A DNA stretch of 64,000 nucleotides from an uncultured delta proteobacterium (GCA_963823335.1 CAWGLD010000004.1:128001-192000); one strand, 5' to 3'. Positions 49,189 to 59,981 are shown, counted from the first letter of the stretch. Notes: a model not told the origin generated them from the sequence alone. Numbers and translations are program-made.

Positions 49189-50919
49189 TCACTCGGCCTC
49201 TTGAGCCTCCTCTCTTAATAATAAATCTCTGAGCTCTCGCTTTAATACCTTCCCGACACCACTGACTGGTATCGCATCTATAAAGCGGACCTCCCTGATT
49301 TTTTTATATGCTGCAATCTGGCTGTTGGTAAATTCCATCAATTGACCTGCAGTGATTTCACCACCCGCCATCAGTTGAACAAAGGCCACTGGCGATTCCC
49401 CCACTTCCAGGTCGGGCTTCCCTACTACTGCGCACTGCTCGACATCGGGATGCGAAAAGATGACTTCTTCCAGTTCTCTCGGATAGACATTGTAACCCTT
49501 GTAAATGATCATGTCTTTTTCACGATCGGTAATGTAAAAGTACCCATCATCATCCATATAACCGATGTCACCGGAATGAAGCCAACCCTCTTTCAGAACC
49601 CGACCGGTCTCTTCAGGTTTGTTCCAGTATCCCTGCATCACCTGGGGGCCTTTTATACAGATTTCACCCCTTTCACCAGGCGGCAGGTCTTGTCCCGTTC
49701 CAAGATCCACGACTTTGCACTCTGTGTCGAAGACAGGAATCCCGACCGATCCCTGCCGGATGGCGGTTCTTTCCGGCGGGTTGGCTGTAGCTCCCATGGT
49801 GCATTCAGTCATACCGTAACCCTCGCACACTACGCCGGAAAATGCAGAAAGCATTTGTTCGAGTACCGACATGGCCAGCGGTGCGGCACCCGAGGAGACC
49901 AGTTTAACACCGGAAAGATCATATTTTTTAAAATCCGGCAAGTTGATCAGAGGGATAAAAAGCTGAGGGGCACCACCCAGGGCCGTGGCGCTGTATTTTT
50001 GAATGCCGTCCAGAAATTCCTGGGGTTCAAAGCGGGGATACACCACCATTGTGGACCCGCCAAAGACGGGATTGTTCAGATAGCCGACGGTGCCCATGGC
50101 ATGAAACCATGGGACGACCACCAGGGCAGTCTCCCGGTCCTTTGCGGTGATGCGATCCGCTATTGGATCGACTCCCGGGGGAAACACAGTGATGGGTACG
50201 CCGTCCTGAATTTCTATCTGTGCCCCGGAAAACCAGTTGGCATACTGACATGTATTTGCGACCACATTATAATGCGTCAGCATGACTCCCTTTGAGAGCC
50301 CAGTGGTACCGCCTGTATAAGCCAGGTGGGCCAGATCATTGAATACGTCTATCTCAACACCGGGTACGTCGGGTTCATTGTTTTGGAGAAGGTCGGCCAT
50401 GTCCATGGTATCCGGAACGGCTATTTTTGAAAGCGGCTTCAGGGGTTGAATCACGGGATTGTAACAATCTGCAATGCTGGTAGTTATCACATGTTTGACG
50501 TTGGTTTCAGTAATAATCTCCGCTATGCTGGGATAGATCAAGTCTAAGGAGACTAGTACTCGGGCATCAGCATCGTTAAGTTGGTAAACAATCTCTTTAG
50601 GTGCCAAAAGCGGGCTCAAAGGTGTGAATACGGCCCCCACTTTGAGTATGCCATAATAGGCGATTGCGAATTGGGGGCAATTTGGCAGATGAATGGCCAC
50701 CTTGTCGCTCTTTTTCAATCCCAAGGAAACCAGTGCAGCTGCAAAGCGGTCTGCCAAGTTTCTCAACTCGCTGAAGGTCAGCTCCATGCCGCCAAAGATA
50801 ATGGCCAGGCGATTCGGAACCCGATCCGATGTGTGATCCAGAAATTTGAATACAGGCTGCTCGGGATAATTGAGGCTTTTAGGCCATTGATCGGGCCATG
50901 CATTGAAGTTTTTTGCCAT
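49189..50919 (-). CDS. Long-chain fatty acid-CoA ligase (ANL superfamily)
   Basis: YTGGTTGLSKG, EGYGMTE, SGDIG, R.KDMI, GK.L.R.L. Confidence 0.93.
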   Translation of the reverse strand: MAKNFNAWPDQWPKSLNYPEQPVFKFLDHTSDRVPNRLAIIFGGMELTFSELRNLADRFAAALVSLGLKKSDKVAIHLPNCPQFAIAYYGILKVGAVFTPLSPLLAPKEIVYQLNDADARVLVSLDLIYPSIAEIITETNVKHVITTSIADCYNPVIQPLKPLSKIAVPDTMDMADLLQNNEPDVPGVEIDVFNDLAHLAYTGGTTGLSKGVMLTHYNVVANTCQYANWFSGAQIEIQDGVPITVFPPGVDPIADRITAKDRETALVVVPWFHAMGTVGYLNNPVFGGSTMVVYPRFEPQEFLDGIQKYSATALGGAPQLFIPLINLPDFKKYDLSGVKLVSSGAAPLAMSVLEQMLSAFSGVVCEGYGMTECTMGATANPPERTAIRQGSVGIPVFDTECKVVDLGTGQDLPPGERGEICIKGPQVMQGYWNKPEETGRVLKEGWLHSGDIGYMDDDGYFYITDREKDMIIYKGYNVYPRELEEVIFSHPDVEQCAVVGKPDLEVGESPVAFVQLMAGGEITAGQLMEFTNSQIAAYKKIREVRFIDAIPVSGVGKVLKRELRDLLLREEAQEAE

Positions 50920-50959
50920 AATAACCTCCTTTCGTTCTTTGAATTGCTTGCCTGTTGTT

Positions 50960-51122
50960 CTATGCCGGTATGCTGCTCAATCTGTTCAGAAATCACCGCC
51001 CTATATGCTTTAAGCGTCTTAACCGTAAAGGCTTCATCGTCAGACATCAGGAGAGAGTAGCTCTTGACATCAGCAGACAGGATGGCCCTGAGTTTCCTTG
51101 TAACTTTATCTTCAGTGGGCAT
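50960..51122 (-). pseudogene. N-terminal stub of a class III adenylate/guanylate cyclase
   Basis: MPTEDKVTRKLRAILSADVKSYSLLMSDDE..T...L..YR...I.QH; breaks off before the GD motif. Confidence 0.8.
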
Positions 51123-51218
51123 GAAGATCACCTTCGGTATAGCAGGTTGTGGTTCAAAGAATTCAGGTGTTTCGGACAAGGCATTTCGCGAGAAATCCTA
51201 CCATGGCTTCACCGTTGA

Positions 51219-51254
51219 GGAGAATATTCCCAGTTAGGCCAACCTGCAGATATC
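51219..51254 (+). repeat. ICR-related variant segment L
   Basis: Nearly identical to 40421-40456; a weaker match lies at 51721-51755. Confidence 0.65.
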
Positions 51255-51311
51255 ATGTACAATGAGGTTTTTTTCGGTATGGTTATGGAAACAGTCAAAG
51301 AAAGATTCGCC

Positions 51312-51659
51312 TCAAGCGATTCTGACATTTTCTGCCCCTTTAAACAACTGAATAATCTCCCTTATATAGGCGCATTCGCATTTAGCCGTACAAGGTCTCA
51401 ATTCCTCCTTGTTCAAGCAGTACTCGGGGCACTCATCAGTTCCAGTCTTTGCCTCCTTAAATATTGGACCATCATAAAGATCGACAAATCGATTGGCGGA
51501 TAAAATAATGGTATTCTTACAACTGTGGTTGAAATATAAGAATCCAGCTTCCAGTTTTTTAAAATTCGCTTGATAGCCGATGATTTCAATGTCCCGGTCG
51601 ATAATAAAATCTTGACGAGAATACCATATATATTTACAAACGTTACAATTCTTAAACAT
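51312..51659 (-). CDS. Small Cys-rich hypothetical protein
   Basis: FK.C..C...W, GYQ, FNHSC, CP.YCL, C...CECA..RE. Confidence 0.7.
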   Translation of the reverse strand: MFKNCNVCKYIWYSRQDFIIDRDIEIIGYQANFKKLEAGFLYFNHSCKNTIILSANRFVDLYDGPIFKEAKTGTDECPEYCLNKEELRPCTAKCECAYIREIIQLFKGAENVRIA

Positions 51660-51778
51660 AAAAGTGCCTTCATTTTCTATTGTATCAGCTGAAAATAAAA
51701 TATGAGTCGCAATACAGATTTATGGAATCTACAGTTTGGCCTATATGCAGATAACATCAAACCATCGTCCATATGTAT

Positions 51779-52105
51779 TTACATTTTAATTTTTCGTGGA
51801 GAAGTTTCTATTTTTTCAGGTAACGAATCTGGATCATATAAAGATCGCATGATTCGCCATTGAAGAATTCTCTTTTTTCTTAGTTTGATAGGATCTTTCC
51901 ATACATTAAATTCTGAATTGTAACCATTTCTAAGTCTCGCTCTTAAAACTTTTTCCCTCTCCCAAACAATTATTTCATAGTGTATTTTATCAATGACAAG
52001 ACCATCAGAGTCAAAATGAACCGTGTCTCCAAATACAAATGGAACTTGGTAAATTAACGCAATACAAATGATTGTTAAAATCATAAATATTAAATTTTTT
52101 TTCAA
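51779..52105 (-). CDS. Hypothetical exported protein
   Basis: GAGGG RBS, TTG start, N-terminal hydrophobic segment. Confidence 0.5.
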   Translation of the reverse strand: MKKNLIFMILTIICIALIYQVPFVFGDTVHFDSDGLVIDKIHYEIIVWEREKVLRARLRNGYNSEFNVWKDPIKLRKKRILQWRIMRSLYDPDSLPEKIETSPRKIKM

Positions 52106-52162
52106 ATTAATCCCTCAGTATCTATCTTACAACCTTCACAATGTTAACATTGATCGATCCAT

Positions 52163-52363
52163 GTATGATTTGGAAGCAAGGTTAAATAGATACATGATTT
52201 TGTAGGATGGGTCAAGAAAACGAAAGGTCAGACATTTCGTATGGCCTTTTTGGGAGTTAATCCTTATAGGCTCGAGCCTTTGATATATGGAGAGATGTTT
52301 AGTTATCAAGCCCAACCAAATTATTGCCGATACCATCTGGTCATGTCCACGGTACCACGGAGG
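52163..52363 (+). repeat. ICR copy M (promoter + central part, right end missing)
   Basis: tacatga...gggtcaag; atggagagatg..agttatcaagcccaaccaaattattgccgataccatctggtcatgtccacggtacc. Confidence 0.88.
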
Positions 52364-52410
52364 GGGATATGAATATTGGGAGTATATTCCATTTGTATGT
52401 ATCTCGCAAA

Positions 52411-53037
52411 TTAAGAAGATCGTTGCATAGCAGCAGTAAATATACCAGCTCCAATTAACGCACTCCCACCAAACCGGTTGAACCATCTACGGACTTTATC
52501 CTTTTTCATCTGATCACCCAATTTACCTGCAAATATCGCATATAGGGATGCATTGATAGTCGCTAATATCAAAAATGTTCCGCCAAGCAACATTAATTGA
52601 GAAAAAGCTGGCTTGAAAGGATCGATAAACTGTGGGAGGAAGGCTACAAAAAAAGCAATGCCTTTGGGGTTAAGGGCCGTCACGATGAAAGAACTCCTGA
52701 GGAATGATCGTGCTGAATTATTTTTTGTATTATATTGGATAGAACTATTTTCAGGGTTTAACTTCCATAATTTTATCCCAAGATAGACCAGATAAATTGC
52801 GCCAATCCATTTGAAAATAGTGAACATGGCTGCCGAAGTAGACATTAGCGCCCCAAGCCCTAAAAGCGAAAGCATCATTGCCGTTAAATCTCCCAAGAGA
52901 ACCCCTATTACAAGCGGAACCACTGACCTACGCCCATGGGTTACAGCCTGGCTTATTACTAAAAGAATTGTGGGGCCTGGTATAATGAGTATTAAAGTTG
53001 CCGCAAAGACAAAAGGAATCCAAAGTTCCATATTCAT
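52411..53037 (-). CDS. LysE/RhtB family translocator
   Basis: PGP, GA.YL.YLG, NPK...FF.AF.PQF. Confidence 0.93.
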   Translation of the reverse strand: MNMELWIPFVFAATLILIIPGPTILLVISQAVTHGRRSVVPLVIGVLLGDLTAMMLSLLGLGALMSTSAAMFTIFKWIGAIYLVYLGIKLWKLNPENSSIQYNTKNNSARSFLRSSFIVTALNPKGIAFFVAFLPQFIDPFKPAFSQLMLLGGTFLILATINASLYAIFAGKLGDQMKKDKVRRWFNRFGGSALIGAGIFTAAMQRSS

Positions 53038-53094
53038 TATTCCCTCCTAAAGGAATCCAATATCTCAGATATCTTTGTCATATTACCCAGCTAA

Positions 53095-53196
53095 AAGGAA
53101 TTCTGCCTAATTTAGATTCGCTCGCTAACCCCGCAGCATGCGAAGCACTGCCGGACGGCAGAACCTACGGGTAATGCACTCGCTGTTTCGGTTCAA
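53095..53196 (-). mobile_element. Partial family-2 IS200/IS605-type element with a small insertion in its hairpin
   Basis: Matches 11317-11393 (aaggaattctg...gattcgctcgctaaccccgcagca...ctcgct.tttcggttcaa). Confidence 0.75.
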
Positions 53197-53249
53197 GGCT
53201 TAAGGGTATTCAGTATAAAATCAATAAGACAAAACATCGTTAACATACC

Positions 53250-53432
53250 GATATATTTAGATAAACTTAGTTATCGAGTTTGAGGTAAACTTTACCGATG
53301 TCATCGGGTCATGCCCAGCGTACCACGGAGGTCCCCATCAACGCAAGATTTGGTCTGTTGCGATTATTTTCGCACATCGGAAAAATTCAGGGGTCTGATA
53401 TCTACCGTTTTGTTGGAGATGTCACCGGTTTC
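53250..53432 (+). repeat. ICR copy N
   Basis: tttaccgat...gcccagcgtaccacggagg...tgcgattattttcgca...gatatctaccgttttgttggagat. Confidence 0.92.
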
Positions 53433-53655
53433 ACACCTACTCCCTACACCCCAATATATTGCATTTCTTTTTATTATGAAACGCGCTGGATTTTATCACT
53501 GATTCACGATTTCTCATTAATAGGTCTTATTGGTAATGAAAGTAGCGCAAGGAATATAATATAGTTAGGCAAGCAGTAGTTACACGACTTGCAAAACATC
53601 CAAAAAGATGCATAATTGGGAGCTCGGATTTCAAGAGATACAAGACTCAAGGGAA

Positions 53656-55503
53656 ATGAGCATGGAACATCACATCGCAATTATCGGAGTGGGGCCAAGG
53701 GGCGCCTATTGCTTTCGAAGACTGGGCATCTATCTGAAAAAACATCCGCTCAAATACCCGGTTAACATCCACCTCATCGAAAAATCGGGCAAATTTGGCG
53801 GCGGCGGTATCCATTCTGTCACACAGCCGGACTATTTATTGCTGAATACCATCGGCAGCCAGATAACTGCTTTTGGCGATGATGACCAAGAAGCACGTTC
53901 TTCGGCAGCCAGAAGGACTCTTTACGGGTACCTATCGGACAAAGGTTTTACCATCAGCCCCAATGACTATCCCTCTCGAGCGCAGCATGGCCGATATCTT
54001 GCCGACATGGTGAACTGGACCGAAATAAATCTACCGCCGGGTGTCACTGTTCATCGGCACACGGCCACGGCTATAGACATCGAACCCGGACCGATCACTA
54101 AACAGCAAGTTGTTCTCGAAAACTTTGGTTCCATTCCCGCTGACGAAGTTTTGCTGCTGACCGGGCACGCCAAAAACCGGATCCCACCCGGTTCGGGCCC
54201 AGAAGCCTGGACGACTTTTACCAAAGCCCAGCAGAAGAAGGGCAAGCGCACAAGTTACGTCCATCTGGTTTATCCAATAGATGAAAAGACGCGACACATC
54301 GAACCCAGGGATTCTGTCTATGTCATCGGTATGGGGTTGACCGCCGTTGACGTTGTCAAAACGTTTACCATCGGCAGGGGTGGCAGGTTTGAAAACAGCA
54401 GATATATACCGAGCGGTGACGAGCCTTTTATCGTCCTCGGTTCCCGTTTAGGTCTTCCTTACTCCGCTAGGTCTCACAATCAAAAAACCATACAGTACAA
54501 GGGTAAGATACTTTTGCCGGAGTTGATCCAAGAACTGAAAAAGCAAAAACCCAAAATCGATTTTGTAACGGATTTGATGCCGTGTATCATCAGAGAAATG
54601 GAATATGTCTATTACACGACCCTCAAGGGAGAGAGATTCGGAAACCAATTACTGGCGACTTCTTCGAAAGAAGTTCGAAAACAATTGATCCGTGACAACG
54701 TCGTACCGAAAGACCGGTTTTCATGGGAGGATCTCGAGAACCCGTTCAGGACAATCGAGTCCCGAACATTGTCCGGTCAACCTTGGTTTTCTTCGATGGC
54801 CGAATACTCCGGTTTTGTAGCGGATTACATTCGGCGGGACATCACGGAAGCGGAGAAAGGCAACCTTACTAGTCCGGTAAAAACTGCTGTTGACTCGGTG
54901 TTACGGGATTTGCGGGACACATTGCGTTTGGCCGTGGACCGCGGCGGACTGACGGCCGCTTCTCATCGCTATCTTGATAAAGTGTTTAACCGAACCAATA
55001 ACCGAATTGCCGTAGGGCCACCGGTGTCAAGCACGCGAGAATTGTTGATACTGGCGAAGATTGGAATTATATCCTTTTCTGGGCCCATGCCAAATCTGAC
55101 CGTGAGAGAGAACACCGGTGATTTTTTCATTGAGAGCAAACAGGTGGCAGGGTCTGGACGGTCCGTACAACATGTACTTAATGGTAGGATTCACAGCGTT
55201 GACTACAAGAACGACAGTTCACAATTGATTCAAAATCTTTATAAACGCGGTTTGGTACGAAATTTTGTCAATGCGGATGATACGGGGTTCTATGAACTCG
55301 GCGGTTTGGATGTCACCAATGATTTCAACATTATTAACGAAGAAGGGCAACCACATCCTCACGTGTGCGCCATCGGCATTCCAGTTGAAGGTAAATTCTG
55401 GTTCAATGCGGTAGATGCCCGACCCGATGTAGACTCCAACGCAATTGCCCAGTTGAGCAGATGGGTCGAAAAAGCGATTTGCCGAATAAGGTCCTGTGAA
55501 TAA
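53656..55503 (+). CDS. FAD/NAD(P)-binding protein (NAD_binding_9-like)
   Basis: IAIIG.GPRG, LLNT, YP.RA..G.YL, LLTGH, GMGLT.VD, G.P.EG. Confidence 0.85.
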   Translation: MSMEHHIAIIGVGPRGAYCFRRLGIYLKKHPLKYPVNIHLIEKSGKFGGGGIHSVTQPDYLLLNTIGSQITAFGDDDQEARSSAARRTLYGYLSDKGFTISPNDYPSRAQHGRYLADMVNWTEINLPPGVTVHRHTATAIDIEPGPITKQQVVLENFGSIPADEVLLLTGHAKNRIPPGSGPEAWTTFTKAQQKKGKRTSYVHLVYPIDEKTRHIEPRDSVYVIGMGLTAVDVVKTFTIGRGGRFENSRYIPSGDEPFIVLGSRLGLPYSARSHNQKTIQYKGKILLPELIQELKKQKPKIDFVTDLMPCIIREMEYVYYTTLKGERFGNQLLATSSKEVRKQLIRDNVVPKDRFSWEDLENPFRTIESRTLSGQPWFSSMAEYSGFVADYIRRDITEAEKGNLTSPVKTAVDSVLRDLRDTLRLAVDRGGLTAASHRYLDKVFNRTNNRIAVGPPVSSTRELLILAKIGIISFSGPMPNLTVRENTGDFFIESKQVAGSGRSVQHVLNGRIHSVDYKNDSSQLIQNLYKRGLVRNFVNADDTGFYELGGLDVTNDFNIINEEGQPHPHVCAIGIPVEGKFWFNAVDARPDVDSNAIAQLSRWVEKAICRIRSCE

Positions 55504-55568
55504 TTAAATCCATAACCGGCTATTTGCCTATTGTGGGACCTAATTCACAGGGTCCCCAGAGTGTATCT

Positions 55569-55647
55569 ACTTGCGTTTCTCCCTTAACATCGAAGCGACA
55601 GGTTCCCAGGTTCCATGCAAAAGGCTAACTCAGATTCATGCCACCTA
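55569..55647 (-). mobile_element. Short internal fragment resembling group II intron RNA
   Basis: Minus strand ggtggcatgaatctg...tggaacctgggaacctgtcgcttcgatgttaagggagaaacgcaagt recalls the domain I/II junction of bacterial group II introns; no RT and no domain V. Confidence 0.55.
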
Positions 55648-55844
55648 CGGAGATCGTTGCCGACGATTCTGCCATTGGCGTGATGTGCAACGATGTCTTT
55701 GGCGAAGGCTGGGGCAGTTTCCAGAGCATGAAAAAACCTGCGATACCCTAAATCTTCACAATATTTTTGGCCACGGCAACAGATACACATATCAATCCAT
55801 TCTGGACATTCAAACGAAGGACTATCGGTAACTATTCTTTTCAT
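55648..55844 (-). pseudogene. Possible truncated gene translationally coupled to the upstream gene
   Basis: ATGA overlap with the stop at 55841; frame runs into the intron-like fragment. Confidence 0.3.
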
Positions 55845-56938
55845 AATCCTATTTTATCTTTTTCAATACGTCCGAGAACTGGTGCTACAAGGCTTCCAAT
55901 ATAAAGATAATCGTTTGTTTCTGTTACGCTGGTGTTGATAGGGTAGCCTCCATCGGAATCCTGCAGATCTTCAATCACCAACCCTGTTTCATCAATCGCG
56001 ATGATATGGCCGTAAGCTATGGCTTTAGGGCGTAAAAAGGCCGGCATGCGCTGTATGACTTTTCGCATAAAAGGCTTTGCAGAAAGGTTGTCCATCAATT
56101 TATTTCTGGGGGAGACAAAAGCTACCCAATAACGTCCATTCATGCCCGTCGATATATTATCTGGAAACGATGGCAACGAGTGGATAAAGACCTCTGATTG
56201 TCCCATTCTAAGGCCTGAAATCCAATATCGAATTACTTGATACCCGCCAGTTTCGTTCACCAAGACATATTTTTGATCATGGCTAATAGCAACACCATTG
56301 GCAAACATGAGCCCATCCAGCAGTGTCCTGGTATCCTTCGTAGTTGGGTCATATACCAGCAATCTGCCATGACCACCATGTTCCATTAAAGCAAGCAGGC
56401 TCCCTTCGTACGTCCCTCCTGATTCTTTCGCACCGAATTTAGTTGATGCATCCGAGAAATAAATCTTACCATCAGCAGCAATATCTACATCATCTGCATA
56501 GCGGATCGGAATACCATCAGCGATTGTAGATAATTCTGAAATCATTCCGTCTGGGCGTATCGACAACAACCCCCGAAAGGCGTCAGCTACAATTAAATTC
56601 CCATTGCTGTCAAAGTCTATCCCAAGGGGACGGCCATTGGTATTGACCCAGTTTTCTGCGTTTGATCCATCAGGATTTAAACGTACAATATTTCCTTCAT
56701 GAGTGGCTGCATAAATACGGCCCTGTTGGTCAAGAGCTATATCTTCCGGTCCATGATTGCCCGCTATTGGAAAGGTTTCAATGCTCTTTAATCGGTCATT
56801 GACTGCAAAAGGACCTGTATAGCCAGGGTTAGGAGGGGCTTCCCATGCAACAGGAGCAATGGGAACTGGCCAAGCGATAAAATATAGAATGAGGACGCCG
56901 ATGATTACCATAGCTGTTAACAGAATCTTTTTGAGCAT
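55841..56938 (-). CDS. SMP-30/gluconolactonase / strictosidine synthase family protein
   Basis: GPED, GRPLG, YFSDAS, GRLL.YDP, FANGV, PDNI. Confidence 0.92.
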   Translation of the reverse strand: MLKKILLTAMVIIGVLILYFIAWPVPIAPVAWEAPPNPGYTGPFAVNDRLKSIETFPIAGNHGPEDIALDQQGRIYAATHEGNIVRLNPDGSNAENWVNTNGRPLGIDFDSNGNLIVADAFRGLLSIRPDGMISELSTIADGIPIRYADDVDIAADGKIYFSDASTKFGAKESGGTYEGSLLALMEHGGHGRLLVYDPTTKDTRTLLDGLMFANGVAISHDQKYVLVNETGGYQVIRYWISGLRMGQSEVFIHSLPSFPDNISTGMNGRYWVAFVSPRNKLMDNLSAKPFMRKVIQRMPAFLRPKAIAYGHIIAIDETGLVIEDLQDSDGGYPINTSVTETNDYLYIGSLVAPVLGRIEKDKIGL

Positions 56939-57027
56939 GGTTTTCTCCTTTGTTACAGGTGTTCAGCATTCAAAAGTGTTTATTTGTGGTGTTACGCCTT
57001 CGGTAGATTGGTATAAATAGTAAAATA

Positions 57028-57158
57028 GTCAACTACCACCCGTGAAACGGGTGGCTTGGATTTCCCCCAAAATGGGGGAAAAACAAAGGAGACGGCACGT
57101 CTCCGTAAGTTCAGGTTCGGAACCGCGTGCCAAGCACGCGGTTTGTAGAACAATCAAA
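57028..57158 (-). mobile_element. Non-autonomous IS200/IS605-type palindromic element, family 1, copy 2
   Basis: Near-identical to 6609-6738 with unrelated flanks. Confidence 0.75.
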
Positions 57159-57270
57159 TATTTATAAAGATCAGAATCGGCAAGGCCAACTATCGATCTA
57201 AAGATAACGCATGGAGATGATCGACAGAGTCGGAATGCACTTTTTATGGATGTTTAGCAAATCTTTATTA

Positions 57271-58026
57271 TCACCATACGCCTCCAAGGGCTACGGTAAT
57301 GGCTTCTCCATTGACGCCACTGGATTCTTCAGATACCAGGAAGGCGATCACCTCCGCCACTTCTTGGGGTGTCACCACTCGGCCCGCCGGATAAAGCGCA
57401 GCTCTTTCTGCCCACACCTCGTCCGGGGTAACACCACGCTGTTCGGCTTCGGCTCTGGCCGAAGTCTCAGCCATTGTTGTTCGTACCCAGCCGGGCAGCA
57501 CCGCGTTGGAAGTTACGCCATGCGGTCCGGCATCCTGGGCAACCGAGCGCATCAGGCCCAGAAGACCGTGTTTTGAGCTGTTGTAAGCACTGCTAGCGTA
57601 TTCCGCCACCTGTCCGGCTGTCGAACTTGTGAACACAAGCCGGCCGTAATTCTGTTCAATCATATCTTTGACAACTATCTGTGAAAGAAAATAAGGCCCG
57701 TCCAGATTGATGCGCATCGTTTCGCGCCAGAGCGCCGGCTCGTGCTCCCAGATAACCCGCTCATGAGCCGAACCAATACCATGATTGCACACCAGGATTG
57801 AAACAAGCCCCAGGCGATCATGTGTTTCCTCCACCGCTAGTGAACAACCGTCAGGCGTACCCAGATCAGCGACAACGTAGTCCAGGCCCAGCGTCAGCAA
57901 TTCATTTTCGCTGCGCGCAACAGCCATCACCCGTGCACCGCGTGAGGCCAGCAGATTGGCCGCTATCCGCCCAATTCCACGTCCCGCACCCGTTACCAGC
58001 GCCACCCGTCCTTCTACTCCCGGCAT
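57271..58026 (-). CDS. SDR family oxidoreductase
   Basis: TGAGRGIG, YNSSKHG, PGWVRT. Confidence 0.92.
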   Translation of the reverse strand: MPGVEGRVALVTGAGRGIGRIAANLLASRGARVMAVARSENELLTLGLDYVVADLGTPDGCSLAVEETHDRLGLVSILVCNHGIGSAHERVIWEHEPALWRETMRINLDGPYFLSQIVVKDMIEQNYGRLVFTSSTAGQVAEYASSAYNSSKHGLLGLMRSVAQDAGPHGVTSNAVLPGWVRTTMAETSARAEAEQRGVTPDEVWAERAALYPAGRVVTPQEVAEVIAFLVSEESSGVNGEAITVALGGVW

Positions 58027-58298
58027 AACGCACTTCCATTTCGATAGCTAATCCGCGTTCCCAATGCTCTATCCTCCTATAGTTGATATCATTTTAAAAA
58101 ACCGATAGCTGCAGTTTTGTTATCGGAAATTGTCCGTTGAAGACTTATGCCAGTCATCTTCAATTTTTCTTGATATTTCCTGCCATATTTTAAGTGCCCA
58201 ACAATGCTAAGAAACCACTTTGGATCAGATTGGCCCTGCCATCTGGTTAAGGCAGGTAATACTCTATGAGAGATGAATAAATATTTTTAACCTTTTCA

Positions 58299-59981
58299 CT
58301 ATTCCTGCCACACGACTGGCCTATTCTCCTCATACCAAGCGTTGGAGTAAGGGCCATAGACTTCTTCTAGCTTGGAACGCTTGAGTTTCATGGTGGGTGT
58401 CAGAAAGCCATTTTCCGGGAGCCATTCATCCTTGGCCACAGCCACAAATGCCAGTCGCTCGTGATGAGGGAGCTCGCGATTAATACTATTTAGATGCTCT
58501 GCAAGATCCCCTTCGATTGCTGTTTTTTTTCCCTGATCGATGGCTTCCCGGGCACCTTCCGATAACATCACTAACGCATGCGGTTGAGGATATCCCGAGC
58601 CAGTTACACAACACGCCTCGACATGCTGGTTTAAGGCGAGCTGATTTTCGATGGGTGCGGGCGCAACGTACTTTCCTTTAGATGTTTTAAACTGTTCTTT
58701 TGCACGGCCGGTGATCTTGAGGCGCCCCTTCTCATCAATCTCTCCAAGATCCCCTGTTTTAAAAAATCCGTCCTCAGTAAACTCCTCTTTGGTCTTTTCC
58801 GGCATCTTGTAGTAACCCATCATGTTTCCGGGGCTCTTGACCAGGATTTCGCCTGCCTCGCTAATTCTCTGTTGCACATCCGGATATGGAGGGCCTACGT
58901 AGCCGGGACGCACCTCTCCGGGTTTGGTGCAGTGTGAGTAAGCGAAGTTTTCGGTCATGGCATACCCTTCAAGCAGTTCAAGCCCCAGGTTACGATACCA
59001 CTCGATGATTTCTTTGGGGATCGGAGCAGAGCCAGAACCAGCAAACCTTACATGGTCCAGTCCCAGTTGGGCAAGGATCTTCTTTTTTACAAGACCTTTA
59101 ATAATTGGAATCTTAAAAAGGAGATCAAGTTTTTTCGGAGGTATTTTCTGAAAGATACCGAGCTGGAACTTGAGCCACAGCCGCGGTACCGAAATGAACA
59201 GTGTCGGGCGCGCGCGTTGCAAATCCGCAATGAAGGTTTCAAGACTCTCGGCAAAATACAGCGGAAAGCCGACATATAGAGAATGCGACTCAACGACCCA
59301 GCGCTCAAATGCATGTGATAAGGGCAGATATGACAGAAATCGGTCACGTTCATGGGTCTTGAGATACTCTGAAATACCTTTGGCGCTATGGTGCATGGTA
59401 CCGAAGCTAATCATGGCACCCTTAGGTTTGCCGGTACTTCCCGATGTGTAAATGATCGTGGCTAACTCATCAGGTAATCGTTCGGCCGGCTCTGTCAGAG
59501 GTTCGTGATCGGCGACAATACCATCCCACTGATCCAAATTACTTTCAGGAGCGAGGGGAAAAGCGATCTGGGGCATGTCAGCGGGCACACCTTTTTTCAT
59601 TTCGTCCCAGACCGGGTCGAGTTTGCCGACAAAGAGAAGCTTGGAGTCCGAATGCTCGAGGGTATATTGGACAATATCAGCCGTTAGAATCGGGAAAATC
59701 GGGATGCTGACGTGTCCTGCCATCCAGATGGCCAAATCCGCTAAAACCCAATGGGCGCAGTTTTTGGAGCATATGGCGATGTGGCTCGGCTCAGGTAAAT
59801 TGAGGCTTTTGAGGTAGGTGGCCATGCGCCGGGCCTCGCCAACCGCTTCTTTCCAGGTCCAGGTCTTGAGGTTGGCATCACCGCCACCGAGGGGTTGGGT
59901 GAGGTACATCTGATCCGGAGTAACACGTTCCCAGTAATAAGCACATTCCAGCAGGTTTTTACTATCTGTCATGGGTATCAT
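58299..59981 (-). CDS. AMP-binding long-chain acyl-CoA synthetase
   Basis: YTSGSTGKPKG, SYLPLSH..ER, EGYAMTE, TGDLG, LTPTMKLKR. Confidence 0.93.
   Translation of the reverse strand: MIPMTDSKNLLECAYYWERVTPDQMYLTQPLGGGDANLKTWTWKEAVGEARRMATYLKSLNLPEPSHIAICSKNCAHWVLADLAIWMAGHVSIPIFPILTADIVQYTLEHSDSKLLFVGKLDPVWDEMKKGVPADMPQIAFPLAPESNLDQWDGIVADHEPLTEPAERLPDELATIIYTSGSTGKPKGAMISFGTMHHSAKGISEYLKTHERDRFLSYLPLSHAFERWVVESHSLYVGFPLYFAESLETFIADLQRARPTLFISVPRLWLKFQLGIFQKIPPKKLDLLFKIPIIKGLVKKKILAQLGLDHVRFAGSGSAPIPKEIIEWYRNLGLELLEGYAMTENFAYSHCTKPGEVRPGYVGPPYPDVQQRISEAGEILVKSPGNMMGYYKMPEKTKEEFTEDGFFKTGDLGEIDEKGRLKITGRAKEQFKTSKGKYVAPAPIENQLALNQHVEACCVTGSGYPQPHALVMLSEGAREAIDQGKKTAIEGDLAEHLNSINRELPHHERLAFVAVAKDEWLPENGFLTPTMKLKRSKLEEVYGPYSNAWYEENRPVVWQE

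Noticed and set aside
49342-50295. Long antisense or alternative-frame ORFs (also 59-727, 8039-8767, 15915-16751)
   Set aside because: They shadow well-supported genes and show no recognisable motifs
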